A stretch of DNA of 41,749 nucleotides from Gammaproteobacteria bacterium (GTDB lineage Bacteria > Pseudomonadota > Gammaproteobacteria > Pseudomonadales > Oleiphilaceae), in assembly GCA_003695085.1 (NCBI GenBank), contig RFIV01000126.1, positions 1 through 41,749 on the forward strand. The letters are read 5' to 3'. Under the pieces are notes generated by a model. It did not search any database. It was not told where the DNA came from and was given only the letters and a program-made list of their open reading frames with translations. A program made the translations under genes and the position numbers. Of this stretch, positions 1 to 10,604 are shown in pieces (position 1 is the stretch's first letter; each line of letters begins with the position of its first letter).

Positions 1-774
1 CGCTCCCATGACGACACTGATCAGGCGCATGTTGTCACGCACCGCTGACGCCACCAGACAGTATCCGGCTTCTGCCGTGTGGCCGGTCTTCAGTCCGTCA
101 ACCGACTTGTCCCGCCACAACAGCAGGTTGCGGTTGGGCTGACGGATATTATTGTAGGTAAAGTACTTCTCGGAGTAAATCTTGTACTGCTCCGGGAAGC
201 GGGTAATGATGGCGCGGGCCAGCAGTGCCAGATCATACGCTGTGGTGTAATGATCCTTGTGCGGCAACCCGGTGGCATTGGCAAAGTGCGAGTCCTTCAT
301 GCCCAGCAGCTGAGCGTGCTGGTTCATGATGTCGGCAAAGGCATCCTCGCTGCCAGCCAGGTGCTCCGCGACGGCCACACTGGCGTCATTGCCCGACTGG
401 ATGATAATGCCCTTCATCAGATCCCGGAGCTTGACCCGTGTGCCTTCGCGAACGAACATCTTGGATCCGCCGGTCTTCCAGGCCTTGACACTGATCCGGA
501 CTTCATCCTCCGGGCTGAGCTGCCCCTTGGCAATCTCGTACTCCACCACGTAGGCCGTCATCAGCTTGGTCAGCGACGCAGGCGGGAGTTTTTCATGACT
601 GTTGTTTTCCGCAATGATATAGCCGCTGTTGGCATCCATGAGAATGTAGGATTTGGCGGCAATCTGCGGCGGTGCGGGAATGAGAATCGGTTGCGCGGCC
701 TGCGCAGCCAAGGTCCACAAGGCTAGCAGGCTGAACCACGTCAGAGAAACAAGCTTCCTGGCAAGTGCATTCAT
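1..774 (-). CDS. dacA: D-alanyl-D-alanine carboxypeptidase (PBP5/6 family), truncated by the window edge
   Basis: Not in the ORF track because it has no stop in the window. Manual translation from ATG at 774: MNALARKLVSLTWFSLLALWTLAAQAAQPILIPAPPQIAAKSYILMDANSG...PPASLTKLMT, i.e. signal peptide plus SxxK motif. Usual position after rlpA. Confidence 0.93.
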   Translation of the reverse strand, partial: MNALARKLVSLTWFSLLALWTLAAQAAQPILIPAPPQIAAKSYILMDANSGYIIAENNSHEKLPPASLTKLMTAYVVEYEIAKGQLSPEDEVRISVKAWKTGGSKMFVREGTRVKLRDLMKGIIIQSGNDASVAVAEHLAGSEDAFADIMNQHAQLLGMKDSHFANATGLPHKDHYTTAYDLALLARAIITRFPEQYKIYSEKYFTYNNIRQPNRNLLLWRDKSVDGLKTGHTAEAGYCLVASAVRDNMRLISVVMGA

Positions 775-897
775 GTTGATCGGTCTGATTATTCGTGAGT
801 GAGGTAAAGGATGGTTGTTCAAGCTCGGAATAGTACCCGATTTGACCGGTGCACGCACGCCAGCCAGCCCGCATGAAGAGGATTTAAGTAAAAGTCC

Positions 898-1668
898 TTA
901 ACGCCAGGGGCGCTGGATGACAATCGTGTCAAAGCGGCCGGTGCGTGCAAGAAGGGCTTCATAATGACGTGCATCACGCTCCTGCGCGAAAGGGCCAACA
1001 CGCACGCGATACACCCCGGCCTGTTCACCGTATTCGTAAAACACGTTCTGATCGATCAGGTTGGCCACTTCATTGGTCAGCCGGATGGCCCGGGCCTGCT
1101 CGCTCACAGCAGCCACCTGAATATAATAGCCTTGCCGGTCCAGCGCCGCCTGATAATTGCCGGGCTGAATGGCTTCGACCCGGACGCGTGCGGTACCCTG
1201 GCCGACATAGCCGAGCTTCTGTGCTGCCGCATAGGAAAGATCGATCAGCCGGTTGCCATGGAAGGGCCCCCGATCATTGACGCGTACCACCACACTGCGC
1301 CCGTTGGCCAGATTGGTAACACGTACGTATGAGGGCAGCGGCAGCGTCTTGTGGGCGGCCGTATACTTGTACATGTCATAGATCTCACCGTTGGAGGTGC
1401 GATGGCCGTGGAACTTATTGCCATACCAGGAGGCCACGCCTTCTTCCACATAGCCCTGCGCAGATGCCAGGACATGATAGGTGCGACCATTGACGGTGTA
1501 GGGGCTCTTGTTGCCTGAACGGCTGCGCGGTTCAAACCGTGGTGTGGGCTCCTCGGCGGTAATGGTCACCGGAGAACGGGGCCCATAGTCCTGGTCCACG
1601 TGATACCTCGAGGTGGAACAACCCGCCAGCAGCACGGCGGCCAGCCCCCACACCCATGCTCTCATCAA
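898..1668 (-). CDS. rlpA: Septal ring lytic transglycosylase RlpA lipoprotein (DPBB + SPOR)
   Basis: Lipobox LAGC; GVASWYG, TAAHKTLPLPS, VRVNDRGPF, IDLSYAAA; C-terminal SPOR-like YIQVAAV...YRVRVGPF. Confidence 0.95.
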   Translation of the reverse strand: MMRAWVWGLAAVLLAGCSTSRYHVDQDYGPRSPVTITAEEPTPRFEPRSRSGNKSPYTVNGRTYHVLASAQGYVEEGVASWYGNKFHGHRTSNGEIYDMYKYTAAHKTLPLPSYVRVTNLANGRSVVVRVNDRGPFHGNRLIDLSYAAAQKLGYVGQGTARVRVEAIQPGNYQAALDRQGYYIQVAAVSEQARAIRLTNEVANLIDQNVFYEYGEQAGVYRVRVGPFAQERDARHYEALLARTGRFDTIVIQRPWR

Positions 1669-2627
1669 AATGCCTCGCTGAGCTGATACACGGCCATCGC
1701 ATACATGTCGGAATGATTGTAGCGCGTGATGACGTAAAAATTGTGGAAGGTCATCCAGTATTCCGGCCCGTCGGCACCCTCCAGACGAATCAGTCGAGCC
1801 GGCAAGTCGGCGGGCACATTCAGCGGGTTGGGGACGCCGGCAGCCATAAGATCGCCGACACTGTGCACGGGCTTCTGTTTGTCGGGGAGCAAGTCTTCGG
1901 GCACAGCGCCTGCGGGCTGTACGCGAACCGCCACGGGCTTGCCGGTTTGCCAGCCGTGCTCGACAAAGTAGTTGGCAACACTGCCTATGGCATCCGTCAC
2001 ATTATCGAGAATATCGGCAATACCATCTCCGTCAAAGTCCACCGCATACCGGCGGTAGCTGCTCGGAATGAACTGGCCAAACCCCATGGCACCGGCGTAC
2101 GACCCCTTGAGCATCAGCGGATCCATGTTCTGCTCCCGGGTCATCAGGAGAAACTGGCGCAGCTCCTTCTCGAAAAAGGCACTGCGCGGCGGATAATCGA
2201 ATGCCAGTGTACTGAGCGCATCCAGCACCCGATATCCACCCCGGTGCCGACCGTAGCGCGTCTCCACGCCGATGATCGCCGTGATGATGCGCGCCGGCAC
2301 GCCAAATGTGTGCTCCGCGCGGTCAAGCGTCTCCATTTGAGCCTTCATGAAGTCACGGCCTTTTCGTATCCTGTCTTCGGTCACAAAGATCTTGCGGTAG
2401 TCCTTCCATTCGAGTACCCGCTCGGCCGGTCGTGCGATGGCATCCAGAATCTTCTGCTGGCGCTCGGCTGCGGCAAGCCAGCGCTTGATATCGGCCTCGT
2501 CAAAGCCATCCTTCTCGATCAAGGATTGCATGAACGCCTGCGCCCTGGGGTGCTCGAGGTAGCTCGCCTGAACCGCTGCCGACACGGCACAGGCCAGAAT
2601 CAGGCTGACAAGATGGCTGAGTTTCAT
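1665..2627 (-). CDS. mltB: Lytic murein transglycosylase B (MltB/SltB1 type)
   Basis: AIIGVETRYG (catalytic Glu), GSYAGAMGFGQFIPSSY, EF-hand-like DFDGDG, NFYVITRYNHS; lies between rodA and rlpA. Confidence 0.93.
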   Translation of the reverse strand: MKLSHLVSLILACAVSAAVQASYLEHPRAQAFMQSLIEKDGFDEADIKRWLAAAERQQKILDAIARPAERVLEWKDYRKIFVTEDRIRKGRDFMKAQMETLDRAEHTFGVPARIITAIIGVETRYGRHRGGYRVLDALSTLAFDYPPRSAFFEKELRQFLLMTREQNMDPLMLKGSYAGAMGFGQFIPSSYRRYAVDFDGDGIADILDNVTDAIGSVANYFVEHGWQTGKPVAVRVQPAGAVPEDLLPDKQKPVHSVGDLMAAGVPNPLNVPADLPARLIRLEGADGPEYWMTFHNFYVITRYNHSDMYAMAVYQLSEAF

Positions 2628-2655
2628 TCCTTTTTCCTGTTTTCAATCCGGTTGT

Positions 2656-3801
2656 TCAATAGCCTAGCATACGGCGGTGCGTATGCAGCGACATGATCAC
2701 CCCAAAGGCACTGAGCAGCGTCAGTATGGAGGTTCCGCCATAGCTGATCAATGGCAGCGGGACGCCCACCACCGGCAACAGTCCGCTGACCATGCCCATG
2801 TTGACCAGCACGTAGACGAAGAATGTCAGGGTCAGCGCGCCGGCAACTACCCTGCAAAAGGTATCCTGTGCTGTGGCCGCCATGTACAGGCCTCGACCGA
2901 TGATCAGCAGGTAGCCTGCCAGCAAGGCCAGCACTCCCACATAACCAAACTCTTCTGCCAGGACGGCGATGATGAAGTCGGTATGACTTTCCGGCAGGAA
3001 ATCCAGGTGAGACTGGGTCCCCAGAAGCCACCCCTTCCCCCACAGCCCGCCTGAGCCGATGGCCGTCTCGGACTGAATGATGTTCCAGCCCGCACCCAGA
3101 GGATCCTTGGATGGATCAAGAAAGGTCAGCACACGCTGTTTCTGATAGTCATGCATGACGTAAAACCAGAAAAGCGGCGCCGCAGTGGCCACCAGTGCAA
3201 CGAACCCGGCGATCCACTTCCAGCTCAGTCCCGCGAGGAAGATCACAAACAGACCCGAGGCGGCGATCAGGATGGCCGTGCCCAGGTCGGGCTGCCTGAA
3301 GATGAGCAATGCCGGAATCAGGCAAATCAGCAAGGCACCTGCCAGGTGCTTGGGAGAAGGCGGCAGCGGACGCCTGGACAGATAGGCGCCCACCATCATC
3401 GGTACGGCAATCTTCATGATCTCCGATGGCTGAAGGCGCACGCCCACGCCGGGAATCTGCAGCCACCGCTGGGCCCCCTTGGCATCCGCACCTGCAAAGA
3501 GTGTGGCCACCAGCAGCGCGACCCCGCCGAGGTACACCGGCAAGGCCCAGCGACGATAGGTGGCGGGCTCGATCTGAGCGAGAAGCACCATGGACAGGGT
3601 GCCCAGTCCCATATAGGCCGCCTGCCGCCAGACCAGCTTCATGTTACCGTCTGCACCGGAATACAGTACCACCAGCCCGGACGTACAGACCAGCGCCAGC
3701 GATACAAGCAGCAGCCAGTCCAGATGCAGGCGCGTACTCAGCCGGCTGGATGACAGCCCGTGCTCGCCGCCAAGCTGATGAACAAAATCCCTGCTACTCA
3801 T
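2656..3801 (-). CDS. rodA: Rod shape-determining SEDS glycosyltransferase RodA
   Basis: GAQRWL, LQPSEIMK, QPDLGT, LPESHTDFI, GVPLPLISYGGTS; many TM helices; 4-bp overlap with mrdA. Confidence 0.97.
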   Translation of the reverse strand: MSSRDFVHQLGGEHGLSSSRLSTRLHLDWLLLVSLALVCTSGLVVLYSGADGNMKLVWRQAAYMGLGTLSMVLLAQIEPATYRRWALPVYLGGVALLVATLFAGADAKGAQRWLQIPGVGVRLQPSEIMKIAVPMMVGAYLSRRPLPPSPKHLAGALLICLIPALLIFRQPDLGTAILIAASGLFVIFLAGLSWKWIAGFVALVATAAPLFWFYVMHDYQKQRVLTFLDPSKDPLGAGWNIIQSETAIGSGGLWGKGWLLGTQSHLDFLPESHTDFIIAVLAEEFGYVGVLALLAGYLLIIGRGLYMAATAQDTFCRVVAGALTLTFFVYVLVNMGMVSGLLPVVGVPLPLISYGGTSILTLLSAFGVIMSLHTHRRMLGY

Positions 3802-5663
3802 GGGCGCCCCCGATCTGCAAGCGCGTCATTCGGCTCATCCCCTGCTCCCAATACCACGGCATCGAAGAGCTTGCGCGCAACCGGGGCGGCTGTGGTACTT
3901 CCCCCTCCCCCATTCTCGACCACCACCGCCACCGCAACCTGCGGGTTCTCCAGGGGAGCAAACCCGACAAACAGGGCGTGATCACGCAGTCGCTCAGCCA
4001 ATTCATCCGCATCATACTTTTCGCCTTGCGGGATACCGACAACCTGTGCGGTGCCAGTCTTCCCCGCCATGCGATAGGGCGCGCCGCGTGCTGCCCGACG
4101 CGCGGTTCCATGTCGCCCATGCATGACCTCTGCCATGGCGCCAATGACATGACTCCAGGTCCACGGATTTTTCACATCAACCGGCGGTGGTACCTCTTCC
4201 GGCATCCACGGCGTGTCCCCGGCCTGCTTCAACAAGTGCGGCACCACCCATTTGCCCTGGTTGGCAATTACTGCCGTAGCGACCGCCAGCTGGATGGGTG
4301 TGGCCACCATGAAGCCCTGGCCGATTCCCATGTTCAGCGAGTCGCCCGGGTACCATGGCCGTCCGCGCACAGCCCGCTTCCACTCTCTGGTGGGGAGAAT
4401 GCCCCGACTGGCATCGATCACATCCGCCGTCATGTCGCGACCAAACCCGAACATGCTCAGGTAGTGAGACATGCGATCAACGCCCAGACGAAAGGCCAGG
4501 TCGTAGAAATATACGTCGCAGGATTCGGCAATGGATGACTTGAAGTCCACCCAGCCATGACCGCCTGCCTTCCAGTCCCGGTAGAAGCGCTCGTCATTCT
4601 CGAGCTGATACCAGCCCGGATCCCAGATACGGTATTCAGGTGTCACCACCCCTGAATCCAGACCGGCCAGGGCGATAATGGGCTTGATGGTCGATCCCGG
4701 GGGATACCGACCACGCGCTGCCCGGTTGAACAGCGGCAGGTCAAGAGAATCTCGCAGTTCTGAGTAACGCTGGGTGCTGATGCCGGTGACAAACCAGTTG
4801 GGGTCAAATGCCGGCTGGCTGACCAACGCCAGAATTTCGCCATTGCGCGGGTCAATTGCCACCACTGCACCACGACGGCCGTCCAACGCCTTTTCAGCCA
4901 CCTGCTGCAGACGCACATCAAGCGTCAGGCGCAGATCCTGCCCGGGACGGGGGGGCGTCTTCTCGAGCACGCGCAAGATATGCATGCGTGCGTCCTTTTC
5001 AACCGTCTGAAATCCTGCCTCGCCATGCAGCAGGTCCTCGTAGCGGCGCTCGATGCCCGTCTTGCCAATGTAGTGGGTGCCGTCATAGTCCGCCGGGTCC
5101 AGCCTGGCCAGCTCGCGCTCGTTGATACGTCCCACATAGCCCACGGCATGGGCAAACAGCGGTCCGTAGGGATAGCTCCGGATCAGTTCAGCCTGAACAT
5201 CCACCCCCTTGAGCCGGTGCTTGTTGACGGCAACCCGTGCGATTTCCTCGTCCGTCAGCCGGCTGCGCAAGATCACGCCCTCATAGGGCCGCCGCCGCTG
5301 CTTCAGTCGCTTGCGAAACGACGCAATGTCGTCATCCTCAAGCTCGACCAGCTCCTTGAGCATCTCCAGCAACGCATCCATGTCCTGCACATTTTCGCGC
5401 ACTATCGCCAGCGAAAAGTTGGGCTGGTTGTCGGCCAGCAAGTGGCCATTCCGATCCAGAATCAGACCGCGTGTCGGTGGCACGCTCTGCAACTGCATGC
5501 GATTCTTGTCGGACAGGGTTTGATAAACGGTGTGCTTTTCCAGCTGCAACACGCCGTAGCGCCAGATGAGCACGGCAAAGCAGATCAGCACGACCAGCGC
5601 CGAGACAATGGTCCGTGCAGCAAAAATTCTGCGCTCGCGCTGCGGATCCTTGATTTCGTGCAC
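3798..5663 (-). CDS. mrdA: Penicillin-binding protein 2
   Basis: N-terminal TM anchor, PPTRGLILDRNG, active-site motifs GSTIKP (SxxK), SCDVYFY (SxD) and GKTGTAQ (KTG); GTG start. Confidence 0.96.
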   Translation of the reverse strand: MHEIKDPQRERRIFAARTIVSALVVLICFAVLIWRYGVLQLEKHTVYQTLSDKNRMQLQSVPPTRGLILDRNGHLLADNQPNFSLAIVRENVQDMDALLEMLKELVELEDDDIASFRKRLKQRRRPYEGVILRSRLTDEEIARVAVNKHRLKGVDVQAELIRSYPYGPLFAHAVGYVGRINERELARLDPADYDGTHYIGKTGIERRYEDLLHGEAGFQTVEKDARMHILRVLEKTPPRPGQDLRLTLDVRLQQVAEKALDGRRGAVVAIDPRNGEILALVSQPAFDPNWFVTGISTQRYSELRDSLDLPLFNRAARGRYPPGSTIKPIIALAGLDSGVVTPEYRIWDPGWYQLENDERFYRDWKAGGHGWVDFKSSIAESCDVYFYDLAFRLGVDRMSHYLSMFGFGRDMTADVIDASRGILPTREWKRAVRGRPWYPGDSLNMGIGQGFMVATPIQLAVATAVIANQGKWVVPHLLKQAGDTPWMPEEVPPPVDVKNPWTWSHVIGAMAEVMHGRHGTARRAARGAPYRMAGKTGTAQVVGIPQGEKYDADELAERLRDHALFVGFAPLENPQVAVAVVVENGGGGSTTAAPVARKLFDAVVLGAGDEPNDALADRGRP

Positions 5664-5677
5664 GCTAGAGCCTCATA

Positions 5678-6148
5678 TCAGCCGCGATGGTACGGATGAC
5701 CGGACATGAGCGTCCAGGCCCGGTAAAGCTGCTCGGCCAGCACGACTCTCACCAGGGGATGCGGCAAGGTCAGCTCGGACAGGGACCATCGGGCATCAGC
5801 CCGACCGAGGACTTCGGGCGACAAGCCATCCGGCCCGCCCACGAGCAGCGCCACGTCACGCCCCTGCATGCGCCAGTCCGCCATCCAGCGCGACAGCGTC
5901 TCGGTGCTGTGCGACTTGCCTCGCACATCCAGAGCAATGACATAATCGGAGGGCTTCAGGCGCGCCAGCAAACGCTGCCCTTCCTCGGCACAGAGCTTCT
6001 CGGGTGAGGCATTGCGTGCGCGCCGGGCCACCGGGACTTCTTCCAGTTCCAGAGCCATATCGCGTGGCATGCGCTTGCGATACTCGGCGAAGCCGGTCTC
6101 GACCCAGGCGGGCATCCGCTCGCCCACGGCAAGCAGACGAATTCGCAT
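5678..6148 (-). CDS. rlmH: 23S rRNA m3-pseudouridine-1915 methyltransferase
   Basis: MRIRLLAVG..MPAWV, LLVGGPDGL, WSLSELTLPHPLVRVVLAEQLYRAW, GHPYHR. Confidence 0.97.
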   Translation of the reverse strand: MRIRLLAVGERMPAWVETGFAEYRKRMPRDMALELEEVPVARRARNASPEKLCAEEGQRLLARLKPSDYVIALDVRGKSHSTETLSRWMADWRMQGRDVALLVGGPDGLSPEVLGRADARWSLSELTLPHPLVRVVLAEQLYRAWTLMSGHPYHRG

Positions 6149-6151
6149 GAC

Positions 6152-6517
6152 TCAGTGACCAGCAGTCTGAAGGTGTTCCGGGGCTTCTCCGGCCGGCGCC
6201 TCAGCCCAGAAGCGCTCCAGATCGTAAAACTCGCGAGCCGCCGGCATCATGACATGCACCACGACATCGCCCAGGTCCACCAGAATCCAGTCGGAGCTGC
6301 CACCCCCTTCCACACCCTGGGCGCGAAGTCCTGCGTCCTTGGCTTCCTGAACAACATTGTCGGCGATCGATTTGACGTGACGATTGGACGTTCCGCTGGC
6401 GATCACCATGAAATCCGTGACACTTGTTCGATCCTGAACATCCAGAATCTGAATATCCTTGGCTTTCATGTCTTCCAGTGCGCGGACGACGAGGTCTTTC
6501 AATTCGTTGGCTTGCAT
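6152..6517 (-). CDS. rsfS: Ribosome silencing factor RsfS (Iojap)
   Basis: [47 protein letters not shown]; start moved to ATG at 6517, which follows a GGAG RBS. Confidence 0.95.
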   Translation of the reverse strand: MQANELKDLVVRALEDMKAKDIQILDVQDRTSVTDFMVIASGTSNRHVKSIADNVVQEAKDAGLRAQGVEGGGSSDWILVDLGDVVVHVMMPAAREFYDLERFWAEAPAGEAPEHLQTAGH

Positions 6518-6558
6518 AGGCTCCGGTTTCAATAGTGGGCTTTCATGAAATGAGGGCA

Positions 6559-7230
6559 TCAATCCCGATACAGGGCGTGATACTCGATGTAGGCCTGCAC
6601 TTTCTCAGGCACAAGATAACGGACGGATACGCCCGACTGAACGGACGCCCGTATTTCACTGGCGGAAATATCCAGCAATCGAAAAGTGCGCTCGATAATC
6701 CGCCCGGCGGGAGCACTCAGAAGGTCGTGAGGCTGATCGGTCTGGTGTTCACTCAAGAGTGTGGCTACCTGTCCTGAAAAGGGCGTGTCCTCAAACGGGC
6801 GGTTCATGATCATTATATGGGCCAGCTGGACAATTTCCAACCAGCGATGCCACGAAGCCAATCCCCGAAAGGCATCCCGCCCCATGAGCAGCACCAACGG
6901 CGCATCCCTGCCAATATCTTCTCGCCAGCTCAACAGGGTGTCCACCGTCCACGAGGCGCCGCTGCGGGTCAGCTCGCGTGTATCAACGTGCGCCGCTGGC
7001 AGGCCCTCCAGAGCCAGCCTGAGCATCTCCACACGCTGTTCCGCAGAGGCCCCGGGCGCATCACGATGCCCCGGGCGAGCGCAGGGAATCAGATAGAGAG
7101 GCACCTCTGACGCATGCACCCCGGCCAGCCTCGCCAGCCAATCCCGCGCTTCCAGTGCATTGCGCAGATGCGCATGGTGCACGGGATCAAACGTGCCGCC
7201 ATACAGCAGCCTGACCGGCGGCTCACTCAC
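6559..7230 (-). CDS. nadD: Nicotinate-nucleotide adenylyltransferase
   Basis: [12 protein letters not shown] (HxGH-type motif), [23 protein letters not shown]; operon context. Confidence 0.95.
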   Translation of the reverse strand: MSEPPVRLLYGGTFDPVHHAHLRNALEARDWLARLAGVHASEVPLYLIPCARPGHRDAPGASAEQRVEMLRLALEGLPAAHVDTRELTRSGASWTVDTLLSWREDIGRDAPLVLLMGRDAFRGLASWHRWLEIVQLAHIMIMNRPFEDTPFSGQVATLLSEHQTDQPHDLLSAPAGRIIERTFRLLDISASEIRASVQSGVSVRYLVPEKVQAYIEYHALYRD

Positions 7231-8476
7231 GAATGTGGCCGTCTCCGAACACCACGTACTTTTGCGACGTCAGGCCTTCCAGCCCCACAGGGCCACGGGC
7301 ATGGATCTTGTCGGTAGAAATGCCGATTTCCGCGCCCAGACCGTACTCGAATCCGTCTGCAAACCGCGTGGATGCGTTGACCATGACGGAGCTGGAGTCG
7401 ACCTCAGCCAGAAAACGTCGCGCCAGCGTGTAACTCTCGGTCACAATCGCGTCCGTATGGTGGGATCCCCAGGTGTTGATGTGCTCAATGGCCTCATCCA
7501 GGCTATCCACAACCCGAATGGCCAGCACCGGACCGAGATATTCGGTTCCCCAGTCTTCCTCGGTCGCAACCTTGGCATCGATCAGCGCACGCGTACGCTC
7601 ACACCCGCGCAGTTCCACGCCCTTTTCTGCGTAAAGGGACGCCAGACGCGGCAGTATATGCGGGGCAACATCCGCATGCACCAGCAGGGTTTCCATCGCG
7701 TTGCACACCCCGTAGCGATGCGTCTTGGCATTGAATGCAATGGCCTCTGCCTTGTTCAGGTCAGCCTGTGCATCAATGTACACATGGCAGATGCCGTCCA
7801 GGTGCTTGATGACCGGCACCCTGGCTTCCTGACTGATCCGCTCGATGAGTCCCTTGCCTCCGCGCGGCACAATCACATCCACATATTCGGGCATCGTGAT
7901 GAGGTGCCCCACCGCGGCGCGATCGGTGGTCTTGATCACCTGCACTGCCTCTTCCGGCAGACCGGCCTCCTGCAACCCCCGGGACACACACGCTGCGATG
8001 GCCTGGTTGGAATGAATGGCTTCGCTTCCGCCCCTCAGCACCGTGGCATTCCCGGCCTTCAGGCACAGGCTGGCGGCTTCGATGGTTACATTGGGACGCG
8101 ATTCGTAGATGATACCGATGACACCCAGCGGCACTCTCATCTTGCCGACCTGAATACCGGTTGGCCTGTAGTTCATGTCGGTGATCTCGCCTACCGGATC
8201 CGGCAGCGCCGCGACCTGATGCAGGCCTTCGATCATGGTATCAATGCGCGCGGGCGTCAGTTCGAGCCTGTCGAGCATGGCGGCATCCAGCCCGTTGGCC
8301 CGACCGGCTTCCAGGTCCTTGCGGTTGGCCTCGGCCAGCGCCTCCCGAGACGCCTCCAGCGCCCGTGCGATGGCCAGCAGAGCAGCGTTCTTCTCACCCG
8401 TGGTCGCCCGGGCCATGCGTCGCGAAGCCGCACGGGCCTGACGCCCCACATCATGCATGTACTGTTCTATTTCCAT
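7223..8476 (-). CDS. proA: Gamma-glutamyl phosphate reductase
   Basis: C-terminal 417 aa of ORF 7223..9673, from [10 protein letters not shown]: [59 protein letters not shown]. Confidence 0.96.
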   Translation of the reverse strand: MEIEQYMHDVGRQARAASRRMARATTGEKNAALLAIARALEASREALAEANRKDLEAGRANGLDAAMLDRLELTPARIDTMIEGLHQVAALPDPVGEITDMNYRPTGIQVGKMRVPLGVIGIIYESRPNVTIEAASLCLKAGNATVLRGGSEAIHSNQAIAACVSRGLQEAGLPEEAVQVIKTTDRAAVGHLITMPEYVDVIVPRGGKGLIERISQEARVPVIKHLDGICHVYIDAQADLNKAEAIAFNAKTHRYGVCNAMETLLVHADVAPHILPRLASLYAEKGVELRGCERTRALIDAKVATEEDWGTEYLGPVLAIRVVDSLDEAIEHINTWGSHHTDAIVTESYTLARRFLAEVDSSSVMVNASTRFADGFEYGLGAEIGISTDKIHARGPVGLEGLTSQKYVVFGDGHIRE

Positions 8477-8517
8477 TCCCGCAGCGTACCTCTTGCTTGA
8501 TTTCTGTTCGTCAGACA

Positions 8518-8547
8518 CTGACGAAACGGCGTTCGGGGTATTATACT
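8518..8547 (+). promoter_or_regulatory. Candidate sigma70 promoter for the GGDEF-pair/DedA-PAP2 unit
   Basis: CTGACG (8518-8523), 18-bp spacer, TATACT (8542-8547) in the divergent proA intergenic region. Confidence 0.4.
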
Positions 8548-8593
8548 GGGCGTAACTGACTAAAACAAAAGCCTCAAAGGCTATTTGGCAGGG

Positions 8594-9613
8594 ATGATGA
8601 CACCGATTGAACTGAACGACCAGCTGCGTGCACGCGTTTACCGGCTGGCAGCGTGGGTCATGCTGGCGCTGGCACTGGGTAGCCTGTTGTCCTCGCGGAT
8701 TCCCATGGCGCTGGCTGCTGCCCTGTTTGGCCTGTTGCTGATGCTCAATGGCTGGGCACAGACACATGACCGGCCTGCGCAGGCACGCTGGCTGACACAC
8801 CTTTCCATGGCGCTGCTCGTGGGCCTGACGCTTGTGAGCCTGCGCTACCCGGGTCACGCCGAGCACTGGAGCTATCTGGTACCACTGGTGGCCTTTCTGG
8901 TCTATCCCCTGAGGCCCGCCACCTGGGTTGCCACGGGCTACTCGGTGGCACTGGCGACAGGACTGATCCTGCTCTATCACGGTGAGGCCAGGATTCAGAT
9001 CTTCTTCACCTATCTGGCGACGCTGATGATAACGGTTGCCTTCGTCTACCTGCGCGAAATACGCGAACAACAGCTCAAACCCCTGCGCAAGACGGACAAC
9101 CTGACGCTGGCACTGACCCGTGAGTATCTGGTACAGGACCTGGAGAAGGAAATCCAGCGCAGTGAGCGCGAGGGCACCGATCTGTCCGTGCTGGCACTGG
9201 GGATCGACCGGGCGTCCGCTGAAGGTATGGACAACGAGGCGCTGGATCTGCTGCTCCACCGACTGGGGCGCGTGCTGCACGGTGCGCTTCGACTTTTTGA
9301 CAGTTATTACCGGTATGACGATGACCGGTTTGTCATCATTCTTCCCCATACCGGCTCCAGGGCGGCACTGAAAACCAGCTCCAGACTGCGCAAGGCGGTT
9401 CGGGAGGTGTTTGAGCAGGAAGGTCAGCCCGTTTCGGCCAGCATCGGGGTTGTCACGCTCAATGCGGGGGATGATGCAGCCAGCCTGATTCGCAACGCGC
9501 TGCATACACTTGAGCGCGCCCGGGCCAGCGGTCGCAATCAGAGCCTGTCCTTCGATGAGCTGGGAGAGACGGACGTCGATGCAGAGGAGGTGTCCCATGC
9601 ACGTGCTGAATGA
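8594..9613 (+). CDS. Multi-TM protein with degenerate GGDEF domain (DDDRF) and intact RxxD I-site
   Basis: About 5-6 hydrophobic helices, then [52 protein letters not shown] (GGDEF fold signature). Confidence 0.85.
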   Translation: MMTPIELNDQLRARVYRLAAWVMLALALGSLLSSRIPMALAAALFGLLLMLNGWAQTHDRPAQARWLTHLSMALLVGLTLVSLRYPGHAEHWSYLVPLVAFLVYPLRPATWVATGYSVALATGLILLYHGEARIQIFFTYLATLMITVAFVYLREIREQQLKPLRKTDNLTLALTREYLVQDLEKEIQRSEREGTDLSVLALGIDRASAEGMDNEALDLLLHRLGRVLHGALRLFDSYYRYDDDRFVIILPHTGSRAALKTSSRLRKAVREVFEQEGQPVSASIGVVTLNAGDDAASLIRNALHTLERARASGRNQSLSFDELGETDVDAEEVSHARAE

Positions 9614-10604
9614 GAATCTGCTCCGCGCCCGCACCCAGGTCGTGCTGTATCTGGGCATGGCTGCACTCGCCATTCTGATGGCACTGCAGAACGTCCGCTA
9701 CGGGCTATATGATGCATTTTATATCGGACTGCTGATGGTGCCGGCCTGGGCAACGGGCGCAGCGCTCAGCTGGTGGCTGCGCAATCGACCCCATCATGAA
9801 CAGGTGCACGTTACCTTGCTGGCGCTGGCGTTGCTGGCTTCGCTCTATCTTGTGGGCATCGGGTTTGACGCTGCCGCCCACTGGACCTATGTGCTGGCAC
9901 TGCTCAGTTTCATTCTGCTGCCACTGAAAACGGCTTTTCGGCTGAATGCGATCACACTGGTGCTGACCGCCGTGGCACTGGGCTGGCAAGCCGGCTTCTA
10001 CGACAGCATCCGGTATGCCACCAGCTATGCCTTGCTGGCCGGACTCGCTGGGATGTACGCCTATCTGTATCATCACAAGACGCGTTACTACGTGGACCAG
10101 ACCCATCATGATGCCGCGACGGGCGCCTATAACCTGAGGCACCTGGATTTCACGCTCAAGCAGGAGGTATCGCGTTCGGAGACGACCGGCCACCCCTTGT
10201 CGCTCATCGTGCTCGAGCTGGACTATTTTGATCAGTTGCTGGATGTGCATGGCCCCAATACCGCGCAGGATGTGGTCGTGGCACTCGCCCGCAAGCTGCA
10301 GGACATGATTCGCGCCGGCGACAGTCTGTACGCCGCTGGCAACGGGCGCTTCTATCTGGTGCTGCCCAACACGCCGGAAGAAGGGCTGCTGGTCATTGCC
10401 GAACGCATTCGGCGCATGGCCGAGGAGGCTGACTGGCCGGAAGTGCATTCCGCAACCGTCAGCGTGGGATGCTTCACACGCCCGCCGGGTCTGACGGAGG
10501 ATCAGACTCTGCGTGACATTGTCGACCTCGCGCTGCAACAGGCACAGGCCAGCGGCCACAATCGCGTACAACTGGGACAGTACGTGAGCCCGACCGCGCA
10601 ATGA
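9597..10604 (+). CDS. Second multi-TM protein with degenerate GGDEF domain (GNGRF) and intact RxxD I-site
   Basis: GAGGAGG RBS before ATG 9597 (MHVLNENLL); TM helices; [53 protein letters not shown]; 17-bp overlap with the upstream paralog. Confidence 0.85.
   Translation: MHVLNENLLRARTQVVLYLGMAALAILMALQNVRYGLYDAFYIGLLMVPAWATGAALSWWLRNRPHHEQVHVTLLALALLASLYLVGIGFDAAAHWTYVLALLSFILLPLKTAFRLNAITLVLTAVALGWQAGFYDSIRYATSYALLAGLAGMYAYLYHHKTRYYVDQTHHDAATGAYNLRHLDFTLKQEVSRSETTGHPLSLIVLELDYFDQLLDVHGPNTAQDVVVALARKLQDMIRAGDSLYAAGNGRFYLVLPNTPEEGLLVIAERIRRMAEEADWPEVHSATVSVGCFTRPPGLTEDQTLRDIVDLALQQAQASGHNRVQLGQYVSPTAQ

Noticed and set aside
1656-2696. Long antisense ORFs such as 1656..2696, 7160..8500, 13703..15028, 30040..31476 and 36134..37243
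   Set aside because: They mirror well-supported genes on the opposite strand, a common stop-poor effect of GC-rich codon usage, and show no protein motifs
8477-9673. Apparent 400-aa N-terminal extension on ProA (ORF 7223..9673, 816 aa), suggesting a novel fusion
   Set aside because: It is the antisense shadow of the GGDEF gene; ProA similarity starts at ATG 8476 and the extension has no recognisable motifs
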